From an uncultured Lishizhenia sp. (GTDB lineage Bacteria; Bacteroidota; Bacteroidia; Flavobacteriales_D; Crocinitomicaceae): a stretch of 64,000 bases of DNA. Numbering within the stretch: the stretch's first letter is position 1; every line of letters starts with the position of its first letter. The stretch is taken from NCBI GenBank assembly GCA_964534395.1, contig CAZHOW010000015.1:517-64516 (forward strand). Direction: 5' to 3'. Position numbers and translations under genes: made by a program. Below are positions 9,931 through 19,517 of the stretch, one piece after another. The notes below the pieces were generated by a model, which saw only the letters and a program-made list of their open reading frames with translations, did no database searches and was not told the DNA's origin.

Positions 9931-9950
9931 GTGGTAAAAAGTGGTAAAAA
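9931..9950 (+). promoter_or_regulatory. Two perfect 10-bp direct repeats GTGGTAAAAA GTGGTAAAAA, candidate proximal MraZ operator overlapping the dcw promoter
   Basis: Exact repeat read at 9931-9940 and 9941-9950, 30-49 bp upstream of the probable mraZ ATG (9980). MraZ proteins are known to bind short G-rich direct repeats with about 10-bp periodicity upstream of their own gene. Confidence 0.5.
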
Positions 9951-9979
9951 ATCCATTAATTTTACCCATTATTATCGCT

Positions 9980-10438
9980 ATGGCAGGATTAGTAGGAGAA
10001 TTTGAAGTAAAACTGGACGAGAAAGGTCGGTTTTTATTTCCTTCCGGTTTACGGAAGCAACTCCCTGCGTCGTCTCAACGCGATTTCATGTTGAATAAAG
10101 GATTTGAAGATTGCTTAACGCTCTATCCGCTTCCTGATTGGGAACGAATTAGCACTAAGCTTTCCAAAATGAACTTGTTCAAACCCAATAATCGAATGTT
10201 CTACCGTTTGTTCCACCAAGGAGCAAAACAAGTGGCATTGGATAATGCGGGTCGAATCTTAATTCCCACTGCTCACATGGAGCGAGTAGGATTAGTAAAT
10301 GAGGTTATGCTCATCGCTTACAATGATCGCATCGAAATCTGGGACAAATCCAAATACTTCAACATGATTGAAGGCAACATGGCGAATTTCGCTGATTTAG
10401 CGGATGAAGTAATGGGTGATTTGGATAATGGAGAATAA
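9980..10438 (+). CDS. mraZ: Division/cell-wall cluster transcriptional regulator MraZ
   Basis: The ORF track starts at a GTG at 9941 inside the repeat. MraZ homologues start near MAGLVGEFEVKLDEKGRF (ATG at 9980). Two DxxxR-type SpoVT/AbrB-like halves (DEKGRFLFP, DNAGRILIP). Confidence 0.9.
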   Translation: MAGLVGEFEVKLDEKGRFLFPSGLRKQLPASSQRDFMLNKGFEDCLTLYPLPDWERISTKLSKMNLFKPNNRMFYRLFHQGAKQVALDNAGRILIPTAHMERVGLVNEVMLIAYNDRIEIWDKSKYFNMIEGNMANFADLADEVMGDLDNGE

Positions 10439-11345
10439 TACGGCTTACCACATACCGGTTCTATTTAATGAATGCATTGATGCTTTGCAGATTAATCCTG
10501 CGGGCACTTATGTGGATGTAACATTTGGCGGAGGCGGTCATGCTCGCGAGATTTTCAGTCGTTTAAACGAACATGGAAAACTTATCGTTTTTGATCAAGA
10601 TCCGGACGCCAAAAAAAATGCGTGGGAAGCTCCGAATTTTCATTTCGTTCCAGCGAATTTCTCATTTCTCAAAAATCACTTGCGTCTATTGAATATCAAG
10701 CAAATTGATGGTTTACTTGCCGATTTAGGCGTTTCCTCTCATCAATTCGATGAAGCGGAACGTGGATTTACCATTCGTGAAAACGCGGTCTTGGATATGC
10801 GAATGAATCAAAATGCTGAATTGTCGGCATTTAAAGTAGTTAACACATACGATGAAGCGGCGCTGACTTCAATTTTCAGGAACTACGGCGAGTTGTCTAA
10901 CGCTCGACTTTTAGCACAAGAAATTGTATTAAAGCGAACGGAGAAACCAATTGAGACCACCTCTGAATTGATGTCAGTTTTAAGTCGTTTCGCTCCCAAG
11001 TTTAAAGATCATAAGTTTTACGCCCAGGTTTTTCAAGCCATTCGAATTGAAGTAAATCAAGAACTGGAAGTTTTAAAAAGTTTACTCGAACAAACTACAG
11101 AAATGTTATCCCCGAAAGGACGTTTAGTTGTCATTTCTTATCATTCGCTAGAAGATAGATTGGTAAAAAATTATATGAAGCGAGGTTCATTTGAGGGTGA
11201 AATTCAAAAGGATTTTTTTGGGAATGTCTTAAAACCATTGAATGAAGTTGTGAGACATCCAATTGTTCCAAGCGAAGAAGAAATTCAACGGAACACACGA
11301 GCAAGAAGTGCAAAATTAAGAATAGCAGAAAAGAATGTCGGATAA
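10428..11345 (+). CDS. rsmH: 16S rRNA (cytosine1402-N4)-methyltransferase RsmH/MraW
   Basis: YHIPVLFNEC, DVTFGGGGHA, SYHSLEDRLVK motifs. ATG at 10428 preferred over the GTG at 10416. Confidence 0.95.
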   Translation: MENNTAYHIPVLFNECIDALQINPAGTYVDVTFGGGGHAREIFSRLNEHGKLIVFDQDPDAKKNAWEAPNFHFVPANFSFLKNHLRLLNIKQIDGLLADLGVSSHQFDEAERGFTIRENAVLDMRMNQNAELSAFKVVNTYDEAALTSIFRNYGELSNARLLAQEIVLKRTEKPIETTSELMSVLSRFAPKFKDHKFYAQVFQAIRIEVNQELEVLKSLLEQTTEMLSPKGRLVVISYHSLEDRLVKNYMKRGSFEGEIQKDFFGNVLKPLNEVVRHPIVPSEEEIQRNTRARSAKLRIAEKNVG

Positions 11346-11763
11346 CGATTACATAGCTTATTCAGAAGAAGAAAAGTCGACTACAAAAGAGTCGAAAGTT
11401 GATTCTAAAAAGGAATCAAAAAAAGATTCTCGTGCTGCAAAAACAAGCGCAATCACGCAGATTTTGAATGGTGATTTCTTAACACGAGAGTTTGTTTTGA
11501 ATAACCTCAACTTTATTTTCTTCATCATATTCCTTCTTTTATTAGTTGTAGGAAAAGGATATTACGGAAAACAACTTTCAGATGATATCAATGCGGCACA
11601 ACAAGAAGTCGACCAAAATGCAGCGGAATATATTGAATCAAAAGCCAAATTAGAAACAATTACACGTCGATACAAATTAGTTGAAAAACTGGAGAAGAGA
11701 CAATTAAAGGAAACTCAAAACGCCACAAAAGTCATTCGAGTTAAAAAGAAAGTAAATGAGTAA
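11335..11763 (+). CDS. ftsL: FtsL-like bitopic cell-division protein
   Basis: 142 aa. Lys/Ser-rich N-terminus, single TM helix (FIFFIIFLLLLVV), then a coiled-coil segment. Canonical position between rsmH and ftsI. Confidence 0.7.
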   Translation: MSDNDYIAYSEEEKSTTKESKVDSKKESKKDSRAAKTSAITQILNGDFLTREFVLNNLNFIFFIIFLLLLVVGKGYYGKQLSDDINAAQQEVDQNAAEYIESKAKLETITRRYKLVEKLEKRQLKETQNATKVIRVKKKVNE

Positions 11764-13864
11764 GGATAGTAAGAATTTCTTGTACTACCGAGCGTATCTG
11801 ATTTATTTCGGGTTTGTACTCATTATGCTCGTTGTTTTGTACAAGACAATTTCACTACAATTTGAGGGAAGAAAGAACATTTTTGCTTCAGGTGATGAAA
11901 CGCTACCAGTTCGAACTGTAAGTCGAATTCCAAGAATGGGCGACATTTTAGATCACAATTTAACCCCACTTGTGACCTCTGTTACTTATTACGATGTACA
12001 CATGGATCCGACCGTTGTTGATCAGAAATTATTTGATTCAGAAGTGTCCGAACTTGCGCAAGGACTCAGTCGCATGTATCCAAAAAAAACAGCACACGAA
12101 TACGAAAATGCCATTCGAAATGCACGTTCAAATGGATCTCGTTATTTATTGATTCAGAAAAATGTTACCAACGATGAGCGCAAATTACTACGTGAACTTC
12201 CAATTTTCAGGGAAGGAAGAATGAAAGGAGGGATTATCGATACAGACGAAACAATCAAACGTCAATTCCCAAATGGAAACTTACTTCGAAGAACGTTAGG
12301 TTATTATAAAAACGATGGTGGAAAAGAACTCAAAGTTGGAATTGAGGGAGCATTCATCAATTATTTAAAAGGAGAAGAAGGAAAAGAAATCGAGCATAAA
12401 ATCTCAACAGGGTGGAAGAAAACAGGGCAAATTACAAAAGAAGCTATTGAAGGAGCGGATGTGATTTCAACTTTAGACAAAGACATCCAAGAGTTCGCAC
12501 ATTCAGAACTTGAAAAACAATTGCGTGACATGAAAGCCGAACATGGATGTGTAATCGTAATGGACGTTAAAACCGGTTTCGTTCGTGCCATGGCAAACCT
12601 CGATCGCGCTGCAGATGGAAGTTTTATTGAAGGGTTCAATCATGCAATCGGAACGAAGGAAGTTCCCGGTTCTACCTTTAAATTGGCGTCATTAATGGCT
12701 GCTTTAGAAGATGGCAGAATAAATATTATGGACAAAGTGGATGCCGTTGGATCTTATGTTTTTAAAGGGAAAACCTTTACTGACTCAAATCACGGAATCG
12801 GATACGGAAGAATTACCATCAAGCAATCCTTTGAAAAATCGTCCAATGTAATTGCTAAAATTATTTATAATGCTTACCGAAATGACCCTGAGCAGTTTTT
12901 AGCACGTTTAAAACAATTTGGGTTACTAGATCCTCTTGGTATTGACTTAAGCGGCGAGCCAAATCCACATTATTTGCAGCCTGGAGATAAAGGTTGGTGG
13001 GCTCTAACCGTTCCGATGATGGCGATCGGCTATGAAATTCAACAAACGCCTTTGCAAACGTTGGCATTTTATAACGCAGTAGCAAACAATGGCAAATTTC
13101 TTCGACCACAGTTCGTTGAGGAAATAAGACGTTCAGGACAAACAATCAAAAAATTTGAGCCATATGTCTTGAATGACAAAATCTGTTCTCAACCTACTTT
13201 AGATGCACTCAAAGAATGCTTGAAAGGTGTCATGACTGATGGAACAGGTGCGGCTTTGGAAAGTATTGAATTTAAAATCGCTGGCAAAACAGGAACAGCA
13301 AAATTGGTGAGCCAAGGAGGTTATTCTTCTGAAGAAAAATTAAGTGAATACCAAGCTTCATTTGTAGGTTACTTTCCTGCAGACGACCCCATATATTCGT
13401 GTATTGTTGTGATTTCCAAACCGAAAGTTGCTTACTATGGTGCGGCTGTGTCAGGGACTGTTTTTGCAGCAATTGCCAATAAAGTATATGCGTCCACTTT
13501 GAAATACCACGATGCAGTCAATGAAAAGAAGCAAAAGTCGAATCAAGTCCCTCTTGTAAAATCTGGAAATAAACGTGACATCACTTCGGTATTAAAATCT
13601 CTGAATGTTCGCTACCAATTGAATTACGAGGGAGAATGGCTATCCACTGACACGTTGAAAGGATCTGTGCATTTGAACCGTAAAGAAATTCCGAAAGACA
13701 AGGTTCCGAACGTGTATGGAATGACGGCAAAAGATGCTATTTACTTACTCGAAAGTCGCGGTTTAATCGTAAAAATGAAAGGTTATGGTCGTGTTGTTTC
13801 GCAATCCATTTTGACAGGAACTGAAATTACAAAAGGTCAATTGATAAAAATAGAGTTGAGATGA
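11756..13864 (+). CDS. ftsI: Class B penicillin-binding protein (FtsI/PBP3-like) with C-terminal PASTA domain
   Basis: 702 aa. N-terminal TM helix, transpeptidase motifs GSTFK, SSN (KSSNV) and KTGTA, and a PASTA-like tail VPNVYGMTAKDAIYLLESRGLIVKMKG. Confidence 0.9.
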   Translation: MSKDSKNFLYYRAYLIYFGFVLIMLVVLYKTISLQFEGRKNIFASGDETLPVRTVSRIPRMGDILDHNLTPLVTSVTYYDVHMDPTVVDQKLFDSEVSELAQGLSRMYPKKTAHEYENAIRNARSNGSRYLLIQKNVTNDERKLLRELPIFREGRMKGGIIDTDETIKRQFPNGNLLRRTLGYYKNDGGKELKVGIEGAFINYLKGEEGKEIEHKISTGWKKTGQITKEAIEGADVISTLDKDIQEFAHSELEKQLRDMKAEHGCVIVMDVKTGFVRAMANLDRAADGSFIEGFNHAIGTKEVPGSTFKLASLMAALEDGRINIMDKVDAVGSYVFKGKTFTDSNHGIGYGRITIKQSFEKSSNVIAKIIYNAYRNDPEQFLARLKQFGLLDPLGIDLSGEPNPHYLQPGDKGWWALTVPMMAIGYEIQQTPLQTLAFYNAVANNGKFLRPQFVEEIRRSGQTIKKFEPYVLNDKICSQPTLDALKECLKGVMTDGTGAALESIEFKIAGKTGTAKLVSQGGYSSEEKLSEYQASFVGYFPADDPIYSCIVVISKPKVAYYGAAVSGTVFAAIANKVYASTLKYHDAVNEKKQKSNQVPLVKSGNKRDITSVLKSLNVRYQLNYEGEWLSTDTLKGSVHLNRKEIPKDKVPNVYGMTAKDAIYLLESRGLIVKMKGYGRVVSQSILTGTEITKGQLIKIELR

Positions 13865-15321
13865 GGCAGCTGAATTCACTTTTGGAAAACATCAATTTCA
13901 AACTTGTAAATGGGAGTTTGGAGCAAAACGCGAATGACTTGGTTTTCGATTCAAGAAAGGCAGTTGCTAATTCTGTGTTTTTTGGGATTGTAGGTTTTAC
14001 AAACAATGGACATCAATTCGTTCAACAAGCATACAATCAAGGATGCCGAATTTTTGTAGTTCAGGAGAAAGTTGAATTACCTGAAGATGCCACAATAATT
14101 CTAGTTCCAAATACTTCCGAAGCCCTGGGTTTAATGGCTTGTAATTATTATGAAAATCCATCCAAGAAATTAAAATTGATTGGAATTACAGGAACGAACG
14201 GTAAAACAACCACAACAACTTTACTTTTCAACCTATTCATGAATTTGGGCTACAAAGCAGGTTTGATTTCTACTGTAGTCAATAAAATCGGTGACGAAAT
14301 AATTCCCTCGACTCACACGACTCCAAATCCTGTTGAATTAAATCAGCTTTTGGATAAAATGGTAAATGCCGGTTGCGAATATTGCTTTATGGAAGTCAGC
14401 TCGCATGCCGTTCACCAGCATCGAATTGCAGGTTTGGATTACAAAGTAGCCGTTTTCACAAATATCACGCATGATCATTTGGATTACCATAACACATTCG
14501 CAGAATACATCCGAGTGAAAAAAGCGTTTTTTGATGGGTTGAGCAAAGATTCATTCGCACTGACCAACGCCGATGACAAAAATGGATTGGTGATGCTTCA
14601 AAACACAAGCGCCAAAAAACTCTCGTTTGCGCTCAAAACTCCTGCTGATTTCAAAGGAAAAGTAATCGAAAATGCTCTTTCTGGTTTGGTTATGACAATC
14701 AATAACACGGAAGTCTATTCACGTTTGGTCGGCGACTTTAATGCTTACAATTTATTGGCTGTATTTGGTGTTGCGTCACTTTTGGGTATTGAAGAATTGG
14801 AAGTTTTACGCGTGATTAGCAACTTGGAATCGGTTGAAGGCAGATTTCAATACCTAAGAAGTAATAACGGAATCACAGCAATTGTCGACTATGCTCATAC
14901 TCCTGACGCCTTAGAAAATGTTTTAAAAACGATTCGTGGCATTCGCAAAGGATCAGAGCAAATCATTACTGTTGTGGGATGTGGTGGAGATCGCGATAAA
15001 TCCAAGCGACCAAAAATGGCATCCATTGCGGCAGAAATGAGCGACAAAGTGATTCTAACTTCTGATAATCCGAGAACAGAGAATCCAGCGACGATTTTAG
15101 AAGAAATGGAGGCTGGACTTGATGAAAATCAACAATTGAAGTCACTTACCATTCAAGATCGCAAACAAGGAATTAAAACAGCGATTTCATTGGCTAATTC
15201 TGGAGATATCATTTTGATTGCTGGGAAAGGTCATGAAAAATATCAAGAAATTATGGGTGTTCGCCACGATTTTGATGATTTAAAAATAACGAACGAATTA
15301 TTTAACCAACTGAAGAAATAA
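13861..15321 (+). CDS. murE: UDP-MurNAc-L-Ala-D-Glu--2,6-diaminopimelate ligase
   Basis: 486 aa. [12 protein letters not shown]-loop and the DNPR motif ([10 protein letters not shown]). ATGA overlap with the ftsI stop. Confidence 0.95.
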   Translation: MRQLNSLLENINFKLVNGSLEQNANDLVFDSRKAVANSVFFGIVGFTNNGHQFVQQAYNQGCRIFVVQEKVELPEDATIILVPNTSEALGLMACNYYENPSKKLKLIGITGTNGKTTTTTLLFNLFMNLGYKAGLISTVVNKIGDEIIPSTHTTPNPVELNQLLDKMVNAGCEYCFMEVSSHAVHQHRIAGLDYKVAVFTNITHDHLDYHNTFAEYIRVKKAFFDGLSKDSFALTNADDKNGLVMLQNTSAKKLSFALKTPADFKGKVIENALSGLVMTINNTEVYSRLVGDFNAYNLLAVFGVASLLGIEELEVLRVISNLESVEGRFQYLRSNNGITAIVDYAHTPDALENVLKTIRGIRKGSEQIITVVGCGGDRDKSKRPKMASIAAEMSDKVILTSDNPRTENPATILEEMEAGLDENQQLKSLTIQDRKQGIKTAISLANSGDIILIAGKGHEKYQEIMGVRHDFDDLKITNELFNQLKK

Positions 15322-16565
15322 TGCTTTACTACTTATTTGATTATTTGGATAAATTGAATTTCCCTGGAGCTGGATTATTCGACTACATTTCTTTCCGCGC
15401 GGCAATGGCTTTGATTACATCTCTCATTGTTTCAATCTTTTTTGGAAAGAAAATCATTGGAGCCTTGAAAAAACAGCAAATTGGCGAAACGGTTCGTGAT
15501 TTAGGTCTTGATGGTCAAATTCAAAAGTCAGGAACGCCAACAATGGGTGGAATCATCATTCTGAGCGCTATTCTAATTCCAACTTTGCTTTTTGCCAAGT
15601 TGCACAATGTGTATGTCATAACGATGCTAATCTCTACGGTTTGGCTTGGAATGATTGGTTTTTTAGATGACTACATTAAGGTTTTCAGAAAGAATAAAGA
15701 GGGCCTAAAGGGAAAATTTAAAATCATCGGTCAAATTGGAGTTGGTGTCATAGTGGGATGTATTCTCTATTTCTCGGAAAATGTAGTTGTTCACAAGCGA
15801 GTTTCTGCAAATTACAAACTGCAAGCTGACGAAGAATTTGTTTCCCAACATCACATCCAAAACGACGGCGAAAATTTTAAATGGATCAAAACGGATGACA
15901 TGACCACCACGATTCCATTTATCAAGGACAATGAATTCAACTACAACTGGTTAATTGGCGACTGGCAAAAATCCTACGGTTGGTTATTATTTATTCCAAT
16001 TGTGATTTTCATTGTAATCGCTGTATCGAATGGAGCCAATATGACCGATGGTTTGGATGGATTAGCTACGGGGACATCAGCCATCATTGGAATTGCATTG
16101 GCAGTTTTGGCCTATGTTAGCTCACACGCCAAATTCGCGGATTACTTAAACGTAATGTATATTCCTCACGCTGAGGAGCTTGTAATTTTCATCAGTGCTT
16201 TTGTTGGAGCATGCATCGGATTTCTTTGGTATAACTCCTTCCCTGCTCAAGTATTCATGGGCGACACAGGAAGTTTGGCGCTTGGTGGGATAATCGCGGT
16301 ATTTGCCATTTCAATTCGAAAAGAATTATTGATCCCTGTTCTGTGTGGAATTTTCTTGATTGAAAATCTATCCGTGATGTTGCAAGTCGGTTATTTCAAA
16401 CTTACCAAAAAACGCTTCGGCGAGGGTCGACGAATATTCCTGATGGCACCGCTTCATCACCATTACCAGAAAAAAGGAATTCACGAAGCGAAAATCGTTT
16501 CACGTTTTTGGATTGTAGCGATTCTATTGGCAGTTGTAACAATTGTAACGCTGAAATTGAGATAA
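15321..16565 (+). CDS. mraY: Phospho-N-acetylmuramoyl-pentapeptide transferase
   Basis: 414-aa polytopic membrane protein. [31 protein letters not shown] motifs. TAATG overlap with murE. Confidence 0.95.
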   Translation: MLYYLFDYLDKLNFPGAGLFDYISFRAAMALITSLIVSIFFGKKIIGALKKQQIGETVRDLGLDGQIQKSGTPTMGGIIILSAILIPTLLFAKLHNVYVITMLISTVWLGMIGFLDDYIKVFRKNKEGLKGKFKIIGQIGVGVIVGCILYFSENVVVHKRVSANYKLQADEEFVSQHHIQNDGENFKWIKTDDMTTTIPFIKDNEFNYNWLIGDWQKSYGWLLFIPIVIFIVIAVSNGANMTDGLDGLATGTSAIIGIALAVLAYVSSHAKFADYLNVMYIPHAEELVIFISAFVGACIGFLWYNSFPAQVFMGDTGSLALGGIIAVFAISIRKELLIPVLCGIFLIENLSVMLQVGYFKLTKKRFGEGRRIFLMAPLHHHYQKKGIHEAKIVSRFWIVAILLAVVTIVTLKLR

Positions 16566-16566
16566 A

Positions 16567-17910
16567 TTGAACGGAATTGGTAAAAATATCGTGATTTTGG
16601 GCGCCGGTGAGAGCGGAGTCGGAGCTGCAATTTTAGCCAAGTTGAAGGGGTGGAATGTATTTGTATCTGATAAAGGTCAAATCAAAGAAGAGTTCAAACA
16701 AACGCTGATTGATGAGCAAATTGAGTGGGAAGAAGGAACACACGATGAGGACCGAATTTTCAAAGCTGACCTCGTCATTAAATCACCTGGAATTCCAGAT
16801 AATGTTCCTTTAATCGTTGGATTGAAAAACAGAGAGGTGAAAATCATCTCTGAAATTGAATTCGCAGGATATTACTCGAGAGGAAAGAAAATTTGCATCA
16901 CCGGAAGTAATGGAAAAACAACCACAACGATGTTAACTCATCACATATTGAAAAAAGCGGGTTGGGATGTGGGATTAGCAGGAAATGTGGGATACAGTTT
17001 TGCTAAACAAGTTGCTGAAGGCGATCACGATTGGTATGTCATCGAATTGAGTTCATTTCAATTGGATGATATGTTTGACTTCAAAGCTGAAATTGGAATT
17101 TTGACCAACATCACACCTGATCACCTCGATCGCTATGAATACCAAATGCAAAAATATGTGGATTCAAAATTCCGCATTCTGAATAATCAAACACACGAAG
17201 ATTGGTTCATTTACAATTACGATGACCCAGTCATTCAAGAGGGAATAAAATCCCGACAACTTCCTATGAATTTGGCTCCTTTTTCACTAAAGGAAAAAAT
17301 TGAAATGGGAGGTTATGCAACTGAGAAACAATTAACAATAAACATAAAAGATCAATTAACTATGTCAATTCATGAATTAGCTTTGAAGGGTAAGCACAAT
17401 ACCCAAAACTCACTTGCGGCCGGAATCGCTGCTCGAATTGTTGAAATCCGTAAGGATATCGTGCGTGAAAGCTTGGAAGATTTCGTAAACGTGGAACACC
17501 GTCTAGAGTTCGTTGCGAAAGTAAATGGAATCGAATTTATCAACGATTCGAAAGCAACGAACATTAATTCAACTTGGTTTGCTTTGGAAAGCATGGAAAA
17601 ATCAACAGTTTGGATTGTTGGTGGTGTAGATAAAGGAAACGATTACAGCGAGTTGATGGAATTGGTTAAAAACAAAGTGAAGGCTATAATTTGTCTTGGT
17701 GTGGATAATCATAAAATCATTGAAGCATTTTCAGGAGTTGTTGAAACCATCGTTGAAGCTAAATCAGCTGTTGAAGCAGTTGCTTACGGTTATCGTTTGG
17801 CTACCAAAGACGAAACAGTTTTACTTTCTCCAGCTTGTGCTAGTTTCGACTTATTCGAAAACTACGAAGATCGCGGAAACCAATTCAAGCAAGCAGTTCG
17901 CATGTTATAA
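16567..17910 (+). CDS. murD: UDP-MurNAc-L-alanine--D-glutamate ligase
   Basis: 447 aa. ILGAGESGVGAA Rossmann motif and GSNGKTTTT P-loop. Only a TTG start (16567) is available upstream of the GxGxxG motif. Confidence 0.9.
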   Translation: MNGIGKNIVILGAGESGVGAAILAKLKGWNVFVSDKGQIKEEFKQTLIDEQIEWEEGTHDEDRIFKADLVIKSPGIPDNVPLIVGLKNREVKIISEIEFAGYYSRGKKICITGSNGKTTTTMLTHHILKKAGWDVGLAGNVGYSFAKQVAEGDHDWYVIELSSFQLDDMFDFKAEIGILTNITPDHLDRYEYQMQKYVDSKFRILNNQTHEDWFIYNYDDPVIQEGIKSRQLPMNLAPFSLKEKIEMGGYATEKQLTINIKDQLTMSIHELALKGKHNTQNSLAAGIAARIVEIRKDIVRESLEDFVNVEHRLEFVAKVNGIEFINDSKATNINSTWFALESMEKSTVWIVGGVDKGNDYSELMELVKNKVKAIICLGVDNHKIIEAFSGVVETIVEAKSAVEAVAYGYRLATKDETVLLSPACASFDLFENYEDRGNQFKQAVRML

Positions 17911-17921
17911 AAACAATCACT

Positions 17922-18344
17922 ATGAGTGAACAAGAATTAAATAAAATCGAATCTCAATTAGTCGCAGCCAGAAAAAGTGGCTTGTTAAAATTGAATGAAA
18001 CTTCCTTACAATCTCAGGGGAAATTATTTGGGATGGATGTTTTTAGTTGGATTTATCCTAATATCGACGTGCTCAATTCGACACTCAATTCGTTTCCATT
18101 TGAAGTTCTGTGGATAGGAAATAAAACAGAAATTAACTTGGTGTTGAGTGAAAATAACGTTCTGGATTCAAGGGTTCGAACGAAACTCATTTATACCGAT
18201 GGTAAAGAACTCAATGAAATTTTGAAATCCATATCTGAGTCTGCCTTCAAACCAGGAATTCTTTTATTCACATCAACCGACACTGATTCGGAATACTATT
18301 ACAATTTACTCAAAGAATACCTTGCATTGGTTCAGATAAAATGA
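17922..18344 (+). CDS. Hypothetical 140-aa soluble protein inserted between murD and ftsW
   Basis: ATG 11 nt after the murD stop. Its TGA overlaps the ftsW ATG (ATGA at 18341-18344). No signal peptide, TM segment or motif I recognise. Confidence 0.6.
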   Translation: MSEQELNKIESQLVAARKSGLLKLNETSLQSQGKLFGMDVFSWIYPNIDVLNSTLNSFPFEVLWIGNKTEINLVLSENNVLDSRVRTKLIYTDGKELNEILKSISESAFKPGILLFTSTDTDSEYYYNLLKEYLALVQIK

Positions 18345-19507
18345 GAAGCTACCTAAAATACCTCAAAGGCGACTCCGTAATTTGGCTCATCACCATTTTA
18401 ATGATGGCTTTTTCACTTGTTACCGTTTATAGTTTTGTTCCGATTTTAGTTAAAATCGAAGGTGGTTCGCCCTTTCAATATTTATCAAAGCACTTGGTTT
18501 ATGTCATCATCGGATTTGCATGTATGTATGTCATTCATCGCTTAGACTCCAAATACATTTCTCAGTTGGCGAAGTTTAGCTACTACTTAGCCATTGGTCT
18601 TTTATTGTTTACAATGTTTTTTGGAGCTAAAGTAAATGGAGCCGGTCGATGGATTCGAATACCATTTGTGCAATTAACTTTTCAATCTTCAGACTTTGCG
18701 AAACTGGCCTTAATCATTTATCTATCTAAATTATTGGTCCGAAAAAAAGATAAACTTAATGATTGGAAAGAAGGAATAATTCCTCTTATGATTCCTGTGG
18801 TGGTTATTTGCGGATTGATTTTAAAAGATAACTTTTCAACTTCCGCCATGCTTTTTATGCTTTCCATGGCGATGTTGTTCATCGGAAAAGTGCCGTTTAC
18901 AAAACTATCAATCATGGCAGCAGGTGGAGTTGGATTAATTGCATTAACTATTGGAATTCACTTGGCAATTCCTCAACTCAATTTACTTCCTCGATATGAA
19001 ACTTGGGTTAACCGAATTGATAACCGAATGGAGGATGATATTTCTAATGTCGAAAATGCGCAAGTAAATAACGCAAAACTAGCCATTCACATCGGTTCTT
19101 TTTTCGGACTTGGTGTCGGTGATGGTAAATTAAAAAGTTACACTCCTGAGGCTTATGCCGATTTTTACTACTCCAGTTTTGTGGAAGAATTCGGATCGAT
19201 CTCGGCGATATTTCTCGTCTTATCGTATCTCATTCTACTTTTACGAATTATAAAAATCGCTTTAAAAACAGACGATTTGTTTCAATCCTATGTTTGCATG
19301 GGAATCGGAATTCATCTATTAACTCAAGCAAGTATTAATATGCTCGTTTGCACTGGAATTTTCCCGGTTACCGGACAAAATATGCCTTTTATGGCAATGG
19401 GAGGTTCAGCCTTAATCATGGCATGCGTTTCCATTGGTGTTATTCAATCTTTCTCCTACCAACTACAAAAACAGTCGAAACAAGAACAAAATGCTTTTGC
19501 GAATTAA
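18341..19507 (+). CDS. ftsW: SEDS-family peptidoglycan glycosyltransferase FtsW
   Basis: 388-aa polytopic membrane protein with SEDS-like motifs (GARRWI-like GAGRWIRIP, PEAYADFYYSSFVEEFG, TGQNMPFMAMGGSA). Canonical dcw position. Confidence 0.9.
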   Translation: MRSYLKYLKGDSVIWLITILMMAFSLVTVYSFVPILVKIEGGSPFQYLSKHLVYVIIGFACMYVIHRLDSKYISQLAKFSYYLAIGLLLFTMFFGAKVNGAGRWIRIPFVQLTFQSSDFAKLALIIYLSKLLVRKKDKLNDWKEGIIPLMIPVVVICGLILKDNFSTSAMLFMLSMAMLFIGKVPFTKLSIMAAGGVGLIALTIGIHLAIPQLNLLPRYETWVNRIDNRMEDDISNVENAQVNNAKLAIHIGSFFGLGVGDGKLKSYTPEAYADFYYSSFVEEFGSISAIFLVLSYLILLLRIIKIALKTDDLFQSYVCMGIGIHLLTQASINMLVCTGIFPVTGQNMPFMAMGGSALIMACVSIGVIQSFSYQLQKQSKQEQNAFAN

Positions 19508-19517
19508 AAATTAGAAG

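Noticed and set aside
18165-18185. GGTTCGAAC T-loop-like sequence (also TTCGAACC at 29221-29229), checked as possible tRNA
   Set aside because: There are no complementary T-stem arms and no acceptor or anticodon stems around either site. The first lies inside a coding frame.
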